Source: Mobula birostris (lineage: Eukaryota). Taken from it: a DNA stretch of 64,000 nucleotides. Of this stretch, positions 51,067-62,986 are shown piece after piece (within the stretch, counting starts at the first letter, position 1; each line of letters begins with the position of its first letter). Position numbers and translations under genes: made by a program. The stretch spans positions 145,761,415 to 145,825,414 of the forward strand of contig NC_092375.1 of assembly GCF_030028105.1 (NCBI RefSeq). Reading direction: 5' to 3'. The notes below the pieces were generated by a model that was not told the DNA's origin, did no database searches, and worked only from the letters and a program-made list of their open reading frames with translations.

Positions 51067-52486
51067 GTTGTATGTTGCACCCTAAAGACTTGATTTATGG
51101 GGGAAAAACACAGCTGTGAGAAGTATGTGAATGATGTCTGGAAATCATTTGACATGCTAAGGTGAATTGTGTACAGAATTTTCGGGGTCATTGTCCCAAC
51201 GGGTGCCATTTCACCTGGAAATGATCACTACAGTCATCTGGCCCAGGTACAGTTGCAGATTTCTGGGCAAGTTGTGCATGAGAAATATCCAGTGATGTAT
51301 TGAATCTCTGAGTTGAAGTACTAAACTCTCCAACACCTTAAACTTGTTCTGAATCTGTAACAGAACTTATACTGCATTTCCCCTAAACCCCTTCAGCTTG
51401 TTTAAAAAACAAACTTCCAACACTCTGGTGTCCAATTCACTGCAGAAATATGGAGATACAGTAAATAGTCAAACTGAATAAACTAAATGACAGACCCACT
51501 GCTTGAGTTCTCATTCTGCTTTAACAGCTGATGGAAAAGAGCAGTCAACTGAGACATAACCGAATACCTTGGATCCTCAAATGCAATGGTTCACTCTGTG
51601 GTTGCACATCCCCTGTGAAGAGCTGGAAACAGGGCAGCACCTTGCTGACAGTAAAAATCATGCGGAAATGAATGAGGATTTTGTTCCACACAGAAAGCTG
51701 TGATAATCGAGAATGCACTGTTTGAAACTGAGGCTTGAAATGGAGTACTGGTTAGTTTCAAAAGTGAATCATAGAAAGTTTCAAAAGAAAATTCAAAAAA
51801 GAAATAACACTGCATTCTCGGGGCAAGACATGATTGAAGGTTTCAGTGATATGGAGATGAAATAGGAGTAGAGGTTGGCAAGGTCGACTGACAGCTGTGT
51901 AATGATAAATCTTCCATCACAGCATAGAAAATACATTCATGTTTTCATTCACCGATGTCCAAGAATAAACAAATCTATAAAGTGCTGCCTAAGAGTTGAC
52001 AATACTTTGTTCTCTTTTGTTGTTTGGCTGGAATTCTCTGCTCCCCTAATGACAATATTGTTGAACATTTCCAAAGCTTTCCCCTGCTTTACAAATCAGT
52101 GCATTGAAGTATGTGCTCAGAGCTATGACAAAAAAAATGTTGTATTTTACTTATTTCTATTGTTAGGGTGTACGTTGTGTCCGCAGAGGGTAGCACCTCT
52201 GGTGAAGGGGCTTGTTGTGTCCATTCTGAAGCAGTTCTCTCACCTTTGGTCTCCATTCAGCACTCAGCATTCACCTGTGGCACCAGGTAAGTTGTCTGTA
52301 TGTTCTATACACCTCAGTACACCGCTTCGCCAGGCAGACTAAACCAGGTGAGGGTAGCTGGTGGGCCTCATACCCAGTAAGATTAAGGTCATGCCTGTCC
52401 TAGCAGGCACAGTCAGCTCCAGCAGACCAGATATATGAAATTAATCGTGTGATCCAGTGGCCAGGAAGGCGATTTTGCAACACCTT

Positions 52487-53451
52487 CTGCCTCTGCTTCT
52501 GCTTGGTACAGCGCAAGCACTGCCAGACGGCTGTTACGATGTGCAGTTGGTGTGAACGGCGTGGGAGTTAAATTGTAAAGTGAGCTTTTTTGACTAGATC
52601 CCCTAAATCGATTTGATTCAGTCTATCTTTAAAAATATTAATGTCAGAAATACTGCGCAGGTCTAGCGACAGAAGATTCCACTCTCATGTTGATCTTGGG
52701 TAGAGGGAGTACTGGTAGCAAGTCTTATTGAATGAAAGAGTTTCCAATATGTGAGGTCCAGTTTGCTGTCGAGCTGAACTGACCCTGTGACGAATTTGGA
52801 TGTTAGGTGGAGTGATGTTGTGAACATCTTTGAAAGTGAAAATTAACCTTAGTTTAATACATCGGTTTTCAAGTGGTTCCCATTGAAGGTTAGAGAACAT
52901 TTTGGTGACACTGGATTTCACAAAGTGAGCAGCACGGCTTTGGATTTTTTTCGATGGACTTCTTATTGTTAGCTTGATGGGGATCCCATATAGCCGCGCA
53001 ATACCCAAGCTTTGGACGGACGAGTGTCTTATATGCCATGTCCTTGACGGATTTACTACATGAATGGAGGTTTCTTCTCAGGGTACCCAGCATTTTATTT
53101 GCTTTGGCTGTAATCTGATTGATGTGGCATGCCCAGTTAAGATCCTTGCTAATTTCAACGCCAAGATATGGGTGATGGTGACTGTTTCAAGAATCTGTCC
53201 ATTCATGTTGTATGTCGTGTTGGTTGGTTTAGCTTTGTGACTGACATGCATAGCATAACACTTAGATGAATTGAAGGACATTTGCCATTGAGACTCCCAT
53301 TGACATAATGAATCAATATCGTTTTGCAGCAGCTGAACATCTTGGTCATTTTTTATCTCACGGTAGGTTATGCAGTCATCTGCAAAGACTCTGACTTTGG
53401 ACTTGACTACATTTGGCAAGTTGTTGATGTAAATAAGAAAAAATGAGGGTC
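52487..53451 (-). mobile_element. CR1-group LINE 3' fragment of a different (non-vertebrate-CR1-like) family
   Basis: FLIYINNLPNVVKSKVRVFADDCITYREI...WQMSFNSSKC; LGTLRRNLHSCSKSVKDMAYKTLVRPKLGYCAAIWDPH; (AAGCAG)n-like tail; cctt duplication at 52483-52486 and 53452-53455. Confidence 0.82.
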
Positions 53452-54539
53452 CCTTGTGGAGAACAAAGAGCATGACGAGGCACAAAAGAAGTCAAATTCC
53501 CAAGGCACATCATCATATTCTCTACTTGGCTGGATGAGTGGAGCTCCAACATCTCTCAGTAAGTTTAAATCTCTCAAAGCATTCTTCTTGGATGGCAGAT
53601 TACCAACATCTGAAATGTTCATTCAGAGCATTGATACATAGTGGCTGCAGCGTGTATCATCTACAAAAATACACTGCAGATACGTGCCCTGGTTGCTCTG
53701 ATAATATTTCCCAAAGGACAGGGGAATATTGCCATCTGTAGCTTCCCCTCCACATCACATAGCTCACTGATTTGGAAACCTATCACTCGTCCTTCATCAC
53801 CACTGGGTTTAAATCCTGAAACTCCCTGCTAACAGCTTTGTTGGAGGACTTCACTAGATTGCAGGGATTTAGAAAACTGTTCACCTCCATTTTCTCTAGG
53901 GTAGTTAGGGATGGGTATTAAATGCTGGTCTTGTCAGCAACACCAGATCATGAGAAATGAATATAGTTTTGAAAAGTTATTGAATCTTCAAAGGATACAG
54001 TGAAATGCATCATTTGCGACAACAACCAACACAGTCCAAGGATGTGCTGTGGTCTGTCTGCAAGTGTTGTCATGTTTCCAGTGCCAGCATAGCATGCCCA
54101 CAGCTTTCTCACCTGTAGGCCTTTTGAATGTGGGGGGAAACCACGGTAATGAGGTGAATATACAAACTTGTTAAAGGCAGTGAGGGTGTTGAACCTGAAT
54201 CACCGGTGCTGGCCCTGAAGGTAATTTTTTTGAAACATCTCTATGACAGATGCCATCTCCCGGTCCCTACAGAGAGCCAGATTCAATAGCTTGGGTGTTT
54301 GTACCTTCTCTCTCCTCTCTCATCGGTTTCCTCTGGGTGTCTTAATTTCCTCCCACATCACAAAGCTGTGCAGATTGGTACATTTATCGGCTATTGCAAG
54401 TTGACTCTGACGTGTAAATTTTGGTAAAACTCAGGACATATCTCGGCACTGCGACTGTTTGGAACTCTAGAATGATCCCTAGCATAGAACGAAAAAAGCT
54501 GATTTCCTGCATTGTAGAATTAAATTGCCTACCGCAAAA

Positions 54540-54692
54540 CAAAAACAATCACTGGATCATTGACAAGTCTCGTATCCTCAGGTGCTTTTTCAGCATTCAC
54601 GGGACATATGTTGTTTTCTGCTGACCTCAGGTTTGCATCATTTACATTACAAAGGCCTTGCTGGAAAAGCCTTTCTGCCCAGTGTATAAATA
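54540..54692 (+). promoter_or_regulatory. Gene 5 proximal promoter
   Basis: TATAAATA 54685-54692; MARE-like sites at 54583-54595 and 54619-54630; AACAAT near 54544. Confidence 0.7.
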
Positions 54693-54740
54693 CCCAGTTA
54701 CAGTTACATGTAGTCAGTTGGTTATTGGTCGTACACCACA

Positions 54741-57619
54741 ATGGGAAAGGCAAGACCACTTTTCATTTTGTGAATTATATTGTAACCATCATTTGTCCTC
54801 AGTCTGATTTAAGCTATTTATTTCTTCCCACAGATCATCTTCTACGAGGACAGGAACTTCCAGGGTCGGCACTATGAGTGCAGCTCCGACTCTGCCGACC
54901 TCTCCCCTTACTTCAGCCGCTGTAACTCCATCCGTGTCGAGAGTGACTGGTGGGTGTTGTACGAGAGACCCAACTACATGGGATACCAGTATGTCCTGAG
55001 CAGGGGAGAGTATCCTGAATACCAGCGTTGGATGGGATTTAATGACTGTATCAAGTCCTGTCGCAGCTACCCACCTGTAAGTTGCTGTTGGTGACTGAGA
55101 TATTCCAAGCCACTTGGCACACTGCTAGAAAATGACTGACATTTGCAATAATTACACTTGTGCACAAGCTTGTTCTCTGAAATGTTAAACTGCTGTGAAT
55201 GCTAGAGTTAGCTGCTGGCATTTGAAGTCAAGTTTGGAGTCAGTAGATATTTCTTGAAGGAGTCAACAGAAATGAAGTTGGTTCAGGAAAGTAGTAAATC
55301 TGGTGTGAAGGATGAATGTCCGATTGCTTTTGACAGACGGAGATGTATCCGTGATTGTGAGGGCACTGGGTAAAGAATGGGAATCGGGTTTATTATCACT
55401 GGCGTATGCATCACTGGCTTTTTATGCTGAACCGATGTCTACACATAAGATGCTGGAGGAACTCAGCCAGTCAGGCAGCATTTATCAGGCCTGATAAACA
55501 GCCTCAAACTGAAATGTCTCCACAGACACTGCCTGACCCTTTGAGTTCCTCCAGCATTTTGTGTGCTGATCCAGATTCCAGAAACTGCCCTTCCTTGTGT
55601 CTTCTTTATTGAAGTCTAGTTGGACTACAGAAAATATCTGGTCAGTTTGTGGTAGTTTTACAGAACATCATATTTACAGTTATAGCACGTGGACATTGAT
55701 GACTCAGACCTCAGTAAAACAAAAATCACAAAATTTGAAAAATGGATCGGAGGGTTATGAGTCAAGCATTGGGAAATGGGAGGTGGTCATCTTGGTCAGC
55801 ATGGACCAGTTGGTGTGAGGAGACTCTTTCTGTGCTGTGTTAATCTGTGATTCATTTGATGTATTGTAACCCACAAAGAGCAGGGAACATGGAACATAGA
55901 ATGTGAATATGTACTGCACAGTACAGGTCCTTCGGCCTATGATTTTATACCAGTCTTTTACCTTGTTCAAATGTCAAACTAACCCTTCCCTCTTACAGAG
56001 TCCTCCATTTTTCTTTCAATCATATGCCCATCTAAAAGTCGCTTAGATATATCAGCCTCTATCACCACACCCGGCAGATTGCTCCACACACTTACAACTC
56101 TGTAAAAATCTTACCTTTTGCATCCCACTAGACTTTGCTCCAGTTTCTTTAAACTTATGCACCCTCCTGTTAGCCACTTTAGCCTTGAGAAAAATTCTCT
56201 GATTGCTCACTCTATCTGTTCCTCATTACATCTTATAAGAGGTAAGAGGGATTGGACAGAAAAAATATTGACTATTAAGGTTTCAATGGGACGAATGGCT
56301 GCTTTTCATGAATTTGTGTGGTGTTTCATTCATAATAAATCATCCACCTTATTCACTGAATCAGGCTGCTTCTGGACTGGATTTCAAAAACCTACCTTTT
56401 AAGTTGCATGATATCAGAGAACCACAGTGAGGTTAAAGCATGGAATGAGGCTGTTTGGCCCATTGAATCCATGTTAACTCAATGTTGAAGCAATCCGCCC
56501 TCTCCCATAAGTTGCAAATTATTTCAAAATCATCTGGTCCACATTTGTCAGGTAATAAAAACCAATAAAATAAGTCAAGCTCTCACTGATACCCAGGTTG
56601 AAATGGGAGATGACTGTGTTATTGTTTCCAAAAATCACACCCTGTGTAGAGTTATATTTAGAGCTCTGACAGACAAGAAGTGAAGAATGAGGAATCTGAA
56701 AACCCTCAGAACAACTTGCATGCTTTTTTTGTATCAATAATTTAACCTATTTACAGACAAAGACCAGCACCTACTGTATGTACATTTATCATTTACCATG
56801 ATCCTTTAACACAAATTTTACATTAATTGCATCATATTATCTCTAATGGAACAAAATTCTGTAAACTTTGTTCTTTTTGTTAATACTGTCTTCAGAAACC
56901 CAGAACAAGCTCCTCAACCAGGTATTACTCTCTATCGATACGCAGAAGATGCATCTAATTCAGTAGCACAATAATGACATTGTTTCTGTCATAGATACTT
57001 CCGTGTAATTATACTGAGCGTGAATTAATATCCTTCAATATCTTTCATGTGATCAACAACCAATTTTTTTTTTATATTCATGAAATTGGATGGTTCTTAG
57101 CAGCCTCCTGCAGAAACAGTGAACTTCCTCAATCTCAAATCATGATTGTCTAAGTTTTAGCTGCCATCAATGTAGAGATAAATTTTCTCCACATTATTTC
57201 ATTAAGGATAGTCTTGAACTATAATTAGTTATTGATAATCCTGAGGCTTGGTACAACTACATCTATATATAAAGTCTGTGATAATTATATGCATTCTGAC
57301 ATGATTATACTGCATTAAGGACAGATAAAATCCTTTATTCCAGTACCGAGGGGGCACCTACAGGATGAGGATTTACGAGAGGCCTGACTTTGGAGGGCAG
57401 ATGATGGAATTCATGGATGACTGTTCCTCAGTCTACGATCGTTTCCGCTGCCGTGACATCCACTCCTGTCAGGTGATGGATGGTTACTGGATCTTCTATG
57501 AACATCCCAACTACAGAGGCCGACAGTACTTCCTGAGACCCGGGGAATACAGGAGATACATTGACTGGGGTGGCTACAACTCAATGATCGGGTCCTTCAG
57601 GCGCATGAGGGACTTCTAG
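54741..57619 (+). CDS. Gamma-crystallin (S-1-like), gene 5; exons 54741-54749, 54834-55076, 57344-57619; 175 aa
   Basis: GC-AG intron 1. Exon 2 protein is identical to gene 2. Exon 3 [14 protein letters not shown]...MRDF*. AATAAA at 57666-57671. Confidence 0.95.
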
Positions 57620-59864
57620 TTGGCTCTCAATCACCAGCATATTATTCTGAGAACATATTTCAGAAAATAAAATAACCTTTGCAAGACCATTGTTATTGTA
57701 ATTCATTTATTTTGATGTTGTTATAACATTGCGTTAACTATACAAAACAGCAATGGTACCTGAGTCCTGTGTGGAGGCTTTGACCCATATTGACCTTAAC
57801 TCAGGATTGTTTCTCATCTTAGCTGCTGTCATTGTGGAGATAAATTTTATCTAGAGGCATGCTGAATATGTAATTCATTATTGATCAGGTCATCTTCTCC
57901 TATTGAGAGGATAGTGATAAATTGTCACACCTCTGTGGATTCCTGTTCTTATGGAGAGATACAATATGGAAATAAGCCCTTTGCCCCACTGAGTCAGGGC
58001 TGAACATCACCTACCCACTTACATGAATCCTTCATTGATCTCATTTTTAAAATCTCCACATATTCTCATAATTTCCCCAGATTGTAGTCACCTACAGACA
58101 GAGAACAACATACAACGGCTGATTTACCCACCAAATAGTTCACCTCCCAGATCTAGAACAAAACCAGAACACCTAGAAAGAAGACAGGGGCTTGCAGTGA
58201 GAATGTACAAATCCTATACAGACATCACTTTAGGTTGCTGACATAGTGAGGCAGTGGTTCTACTACCTGCACCACCACACTGCCTCTTCCCGCCTGTTGC
58301 AAACTGGACACATTCTATCCATTTTTGTGTCAGTATTTTTGAGACGTTTACAGCCCAAAAGACAAAAGTGCCGACAATAGTATCGTTAATGAGAATTCTT
58401 GTTGCAATCTACTAATTAGATAGACTCTCTTTTCCCGAATGATATTTCCTTCACAACTAATTTCTGACCATGTTAAAGGACACTTCCAATTACAAACAAT
58501 TTTATTTGTATTATGATTAGTGAGGGATAAATGCAGTTTGGAAGACTACATTGACAGCTGTCCATCATACAAGAGACCTTGAACTGTAAGATAGAGGGAT
58601 GGTAGCCAGTATAAAGAAGGACTGGAGCAGGGGTTGGCAGATAGATACAGGGGAAGGGATGAGTGAAAGTCCTAAGGATTTCTTGTGTGAGTGTTGTTGG
58701 GGAGTGTTCAAAGGAATTCAGAAAGTTAAAGTGTAAGAACAATAGTAATAGTGATATGAGTAACCAGACTGCGAAGAGGGTAGATATCCAACTCGAGATT
58801 GAGCAGGGGAAAATGGAAAACATCCTGAAGTGAAGATCTGGAAGAATCCCTCCATCATAAAATATCTCACCATCATCCCTCCCTTCTCATCTTCCTTCCT
58901 TCTCATTTTCCAGCACCTACGGCCTTTTGTATCTCCGCCTATCACATTTCATCCTCTGTCTCTCCCTCCTGGATCCACCTTCCATTATTCCCCCTCTCCT
59001 TGTCTGTTTATATGTATCACCTACCAGCCATTCTCTCGTACCCTTCACCCTGACCTTCCCCATACATGGTTCTATCCCTTTCCCACCTGGTTACACCTGT
59101 TGCCTGCCAGTCCCTGCCTCATTCCTCTCCCTCCCCTCTATTTACTGGCTATTTCTCTTCTACACTCTTATTCCTGATGCAAGGCTTTGAGCTAAAACAT
59201 TGACCACCTTCTTGCCTCCATAGGAAAGCCCCAACACCCAGCGAGTCAACGCTAAATCAATCACTTTCCTCTATGAACTTCTTTTGTGAGTTGGACAGGA
59301 AATGCTGATGTCAGTATTAAATGTACATTCGGTGGCTGCACTGGGGACCTGATTACTGTGTCAGGAGTTAATGTGAAGGCAGAGCTCACATGCAACCTTC
59401 AGGTGCCAAACTAAGTAATCTGAGGTGCCAGTTCATTGGCTAAACCAACGTGCATCCTGCAGAAAACAGTGGACTGAAAACAATTTTTTTGTATAGTACA
59501 ATAACCAAAGCATAGAATGACCAGCAATCAAAACTGCAATTTGTGGAAATAAAATTTTCATATACCTCTGCAGATGCTGCCTGCCCCACTGAGTTCCTTC
59601 AGCAGTTTATTGTTTAATGAAGAAAGTGAATGATTTTGGGAGTAGCGAAGAAAGAGCATAGGACAGTAACATTGGGGTGAGTCATTTCCAGACCAGTAAA
59701 TAGTAATACCAATGAAAGGCACAGGAAATACAGTAACTATCGGCCACTCTCATCTATGAAGACAGAGAAAATCAAGTTAGCTATTATCGCAGGGAGGTAG
59801 AATTTATGGAGAGTAAGTCAGAAGGCTTTCAAGATCAGTATGTGGGGAAACCAATGAGAATGTA

Positions 59865-61130
59865 AGCAACACACATCAAAGTTGCTGGTGAACACAGCAG
59901 GCCAGGCAGCATCTCTAGGAAGAGGTACAGTCGACGTTTCGGGTCGAGACCCTTCGTCAGGACTAACTGAAAGAAGAGATAGTAAGAGATTTGAAAGTGG
60001 GAGGGGGAGGTGGAGATCCGAAATGATAGAAGACAGGAGGGGGAGGGATGGAGCCAAGAACTGGACAGATGATTGGTAAAAGGGATATGAAAGGATCATG
60101 GGACAGGAGGCCCAGGGAGAAGGAAAAGGTGGCGGGGGGAGCCCAGAGGATGGGCAAGGAGTATAGTGAGAGGGACAGAGGGAGAAAAAAGAGAGAGAGA
60201 AAAAATGTATGTATATAAAGAAATAACGGATGGGATACGAGGGGGCGGTGGGGCATTAGCAGAAGTTAGAGAAGTCGATGTTCATGCCATCAGGTTGGAG
60301 GCTACCCAGACGGAATATAAGGTGCTGTTCTTCCAACCTGAGTGTGGCTTCATCTTTGCAGTAGAGGAGGCCGTGGATAGACATATCAGAATGGGAATGG
60401 GATGTGGAATTAAAATGTCTGGCTACCGGGAGATCCTGCTTTCTCTGGCGGACAGAGCGTAGGTGTTCAGCAAAATGATCTCCCAGTCTGCGTCGGGTCT
60501 CGCCAATATATAGAAGGCCACATCGGGAGCACCGGACGCAGTATATCACCCCAGCCGACTCACAGGTGAAGTGTCGCCTCACCTGGAAGGACTGTCTGGG
60601 GCCCTGAATGGTGGTAAGGGAGGAAGTGTAAGGGCATGTGTAGCACTTGTTCCGCTTACATGGATAAGTGCCAGGAGGGAGATCAGTGGGGAGGGATGGG
60701 GGGATGAATGGACAAGAAAGTCACGTAGGGAGCGATCCCTGTGGATAGCAGGGGAGGTGGGGAGGGAAAGATGTGCGTAGTGGCGGGATCCCGTTGGAGG
60801 TGGCGGAAGTTATGGAGAATTATATGTTGGATCCGGAGGCTGGTGGGGTGGTAGGTGAGGACCAGGGGAATCCTATTCCTAGTGGGGTGGCGGGAGGATG
60901 GAGTGAGAGCAGATGTGCGTGAAATGGGGGAGATGCGTTTGAGAGCAGAGTTGATGGTGGAGGAAGGGGAGCCCCTTTCTTTAAAAAAAGGAGGACATCT
61001 CCCTCGTCCTGGAATGAAAAGCCTCATCCTGAGAGCAGATGTGTCGGAGACGGAGGAATTGCAAGAAGAGGATGGCATTTTTGCAAGAGACAGGGTGAGA
61101 AGAGGAATAGTCCAGATAGCTGTGAGCTTC
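59865..61130 (-). mobile_element. Penelope-like retroelement, 5'-truncated (end of RT, GIY-YIG endonuclease, pLTR)
   Basis: ORF 60256-60582 HFTCESAGVIYCVRCSRCGLLYIGETRRRLGDHFAEH...EQHLIFRLGSLQPDGMN; upstream RIPLVLTYHP. Absent from the paralogous site near 38385. Confidence 0.92.
59928..59965 (-). ncRNA. Type I minimal hammerhead ribozyme motif (best-preserved copy)
   Basis: Minus strand reads TAGTC-CTGACGA-A-GGGT(CTCG)ACCC-GAAAC-GTC-GACTG: perfect stem II, intact core, GUC site. Confidence 0.78.
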
Positions 61131-61619
61131 AGTAGGGCATACATAGACTTGAGGTGAGAGAAGAAAGAGTTAAGACATAAGACATTCGACATAAGACATA
61201 GAATAAAATTTAGGCCCTTTGGCCCATCAAATTTTCTCCCCTATTTGATCATGGCTGATCCATTTCCCTCTCAACCCCATTCTCCAGCCTTCTCCCTGTA
61301 CCTTTCATGCCCTGTCCTATATATCAACCTCCTCTTTAAAGACACGCAATGACCTGGCCTTCACAGCTGCCAGTGACAACTAATTCGACAGCTTCACCAT
61401 CCCCAGCTAGGCAATTCTTCTTCATCACCGTCCCTCACCTTATCAATCTTCTAAATTCTAGTGTGTACAAGCCAGAACAAAGCAACTTTCCTCATGTGAC
61501 AAGCCTCTGAACCCTCTCTAGTGTCAGCACATTGTTTCTTACTGTACATATAATATCCACAGTATGTTATATGCATTTTTGACATTATATTAAGAATGTA
61601 TTAAAATAATTTATTCCAG

Positions 61620-62650
61620 TACTGAGGAGGCAATTACAATGATGAGAATTTACCAGAGGGCCGTTGACCATTCATCCATGGTACGAGGTGATGAATCTCA
61701 CTACACGAACTGTAATTAATGGGCACTGGCACTTTATTGTCTCTGCACATACAACAATGGAACTATGTTGACCCCGTGTCAACAACTTAGAATATGAATT
61801 CTACTCTTTCCTCACCCATACCACTTTTCCAATTTATAACACCGAAATAGGGGATTTCCGTTGGCCAGGTGATCAATCCTTTCTTCACCCAACCCCCGGT
61901 GTGAGGGTTCTTCCTGTAATGGTGATCTCTTGATAGGATGCTCGAAGAGCCCACTTTTGTATTTGTTCCTTACCAATTCAAATATTGCATTTCAGTGTCA
62001 TTGGCTGTAGGTCAAGGGTCTGACATTTAACACCTTTTTATTGGCTCTGTTCCAGGCTCACATCCATTTATTACCCTCTTCCCAGCAAGTGACAATCAAT
62101 AATTTATTGCTCTTTGTTCTCTTCAGTATCCAGCTCCAGTCACTCCAGGCAGGCACCAACCCCAGCATTCACAAACCTGCATGTTACATTATATCAAGAC
62201 ATCTCACAAATAACTTCTTATTTGAAAATTATCTCACATCCAGCAGATTCCTGAAACAACATTGTGTTTTCTTTAAAGCACAGAAAACAATGCAATTTTA
62301 TCTCACAAAATGGAAGACGTAAAGCAGTTCCACAAAGTGGCGGTTTCCATCCCCAACTACATGGCAGGAACAAATGCAATTGATCTGTTTGCTTCTGTTG
62401 TCCTTGACACATTCGAGTTTGATGTTTTCCTTCATATTTTAAATCCTCCATGGCTAACAGAGCAGACTTTTGTGGACAGATGATGGAATTCATGGATGAC
62501 TGTCTCCCTGTCTATGATTGTTTCTGTTACCATGACATCCACTCCTGTTAGGTGATGGATTTTACTGGATCTTCTATGAACATCCCAACTACAGAAGCCA
62601 GCAGTACTTCCTGAGACCTAGGAAGACCATGATATACAATGTCTGGGTCT
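61620..62650 (+). pseudogene. Orphan gamma-crystallin exon-3 pseudogene, copy B (pieces 61620-61661 and 62460-~62650), split by the same solo LTR
   Basis: Acceptor ttattccag then TAC TGA. Remainder ggacagatgatggaattcatggatgactgt...cactcctgtTAGgtgatgg shares the stops and the LTR site with copy A. Confidence 0.9.
61662..62459 (-). mobile_element. Solo LTR (798 bp) inserted in pseudo-exon B; duplicate of 38965-41345
   Basis: Termini CGTTGACCAT...ATGGCTAACA; TSD gggc/gagc. Colinear with copy A but lacks the Tigger insert (single TA near 62190). Confidence 0.75.
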
Positions 62651-62986
62651 TTAGTTTGGCTCGCTCAGCTACTTGAGCAAATTCTAGGCAGCTACTGTAA
62701 AGCATAATGTTGAATAGAGTAAGGTTTGGTGGACTCAGATAAAATAGCCTTTCGTAAGCTATTAATTCTGTGCTTTGAATTTTCTTGAACCCATACACAA
62801 TCTTGTTTAAGTTTTATTACAGTGAGTTGACAACTTACATTTGCAGATAATATGGAATAAAACATTCCTAGAAACTAATGTTCAAAAGAAAACAGAGATA
62901 GCCTTTAATCCACTACAGTTCTAAATCTATTTTCAATTATGTGTCAGTAGATAAGATGCACTCGAGTAGAAAGTCATTCCTGATCA

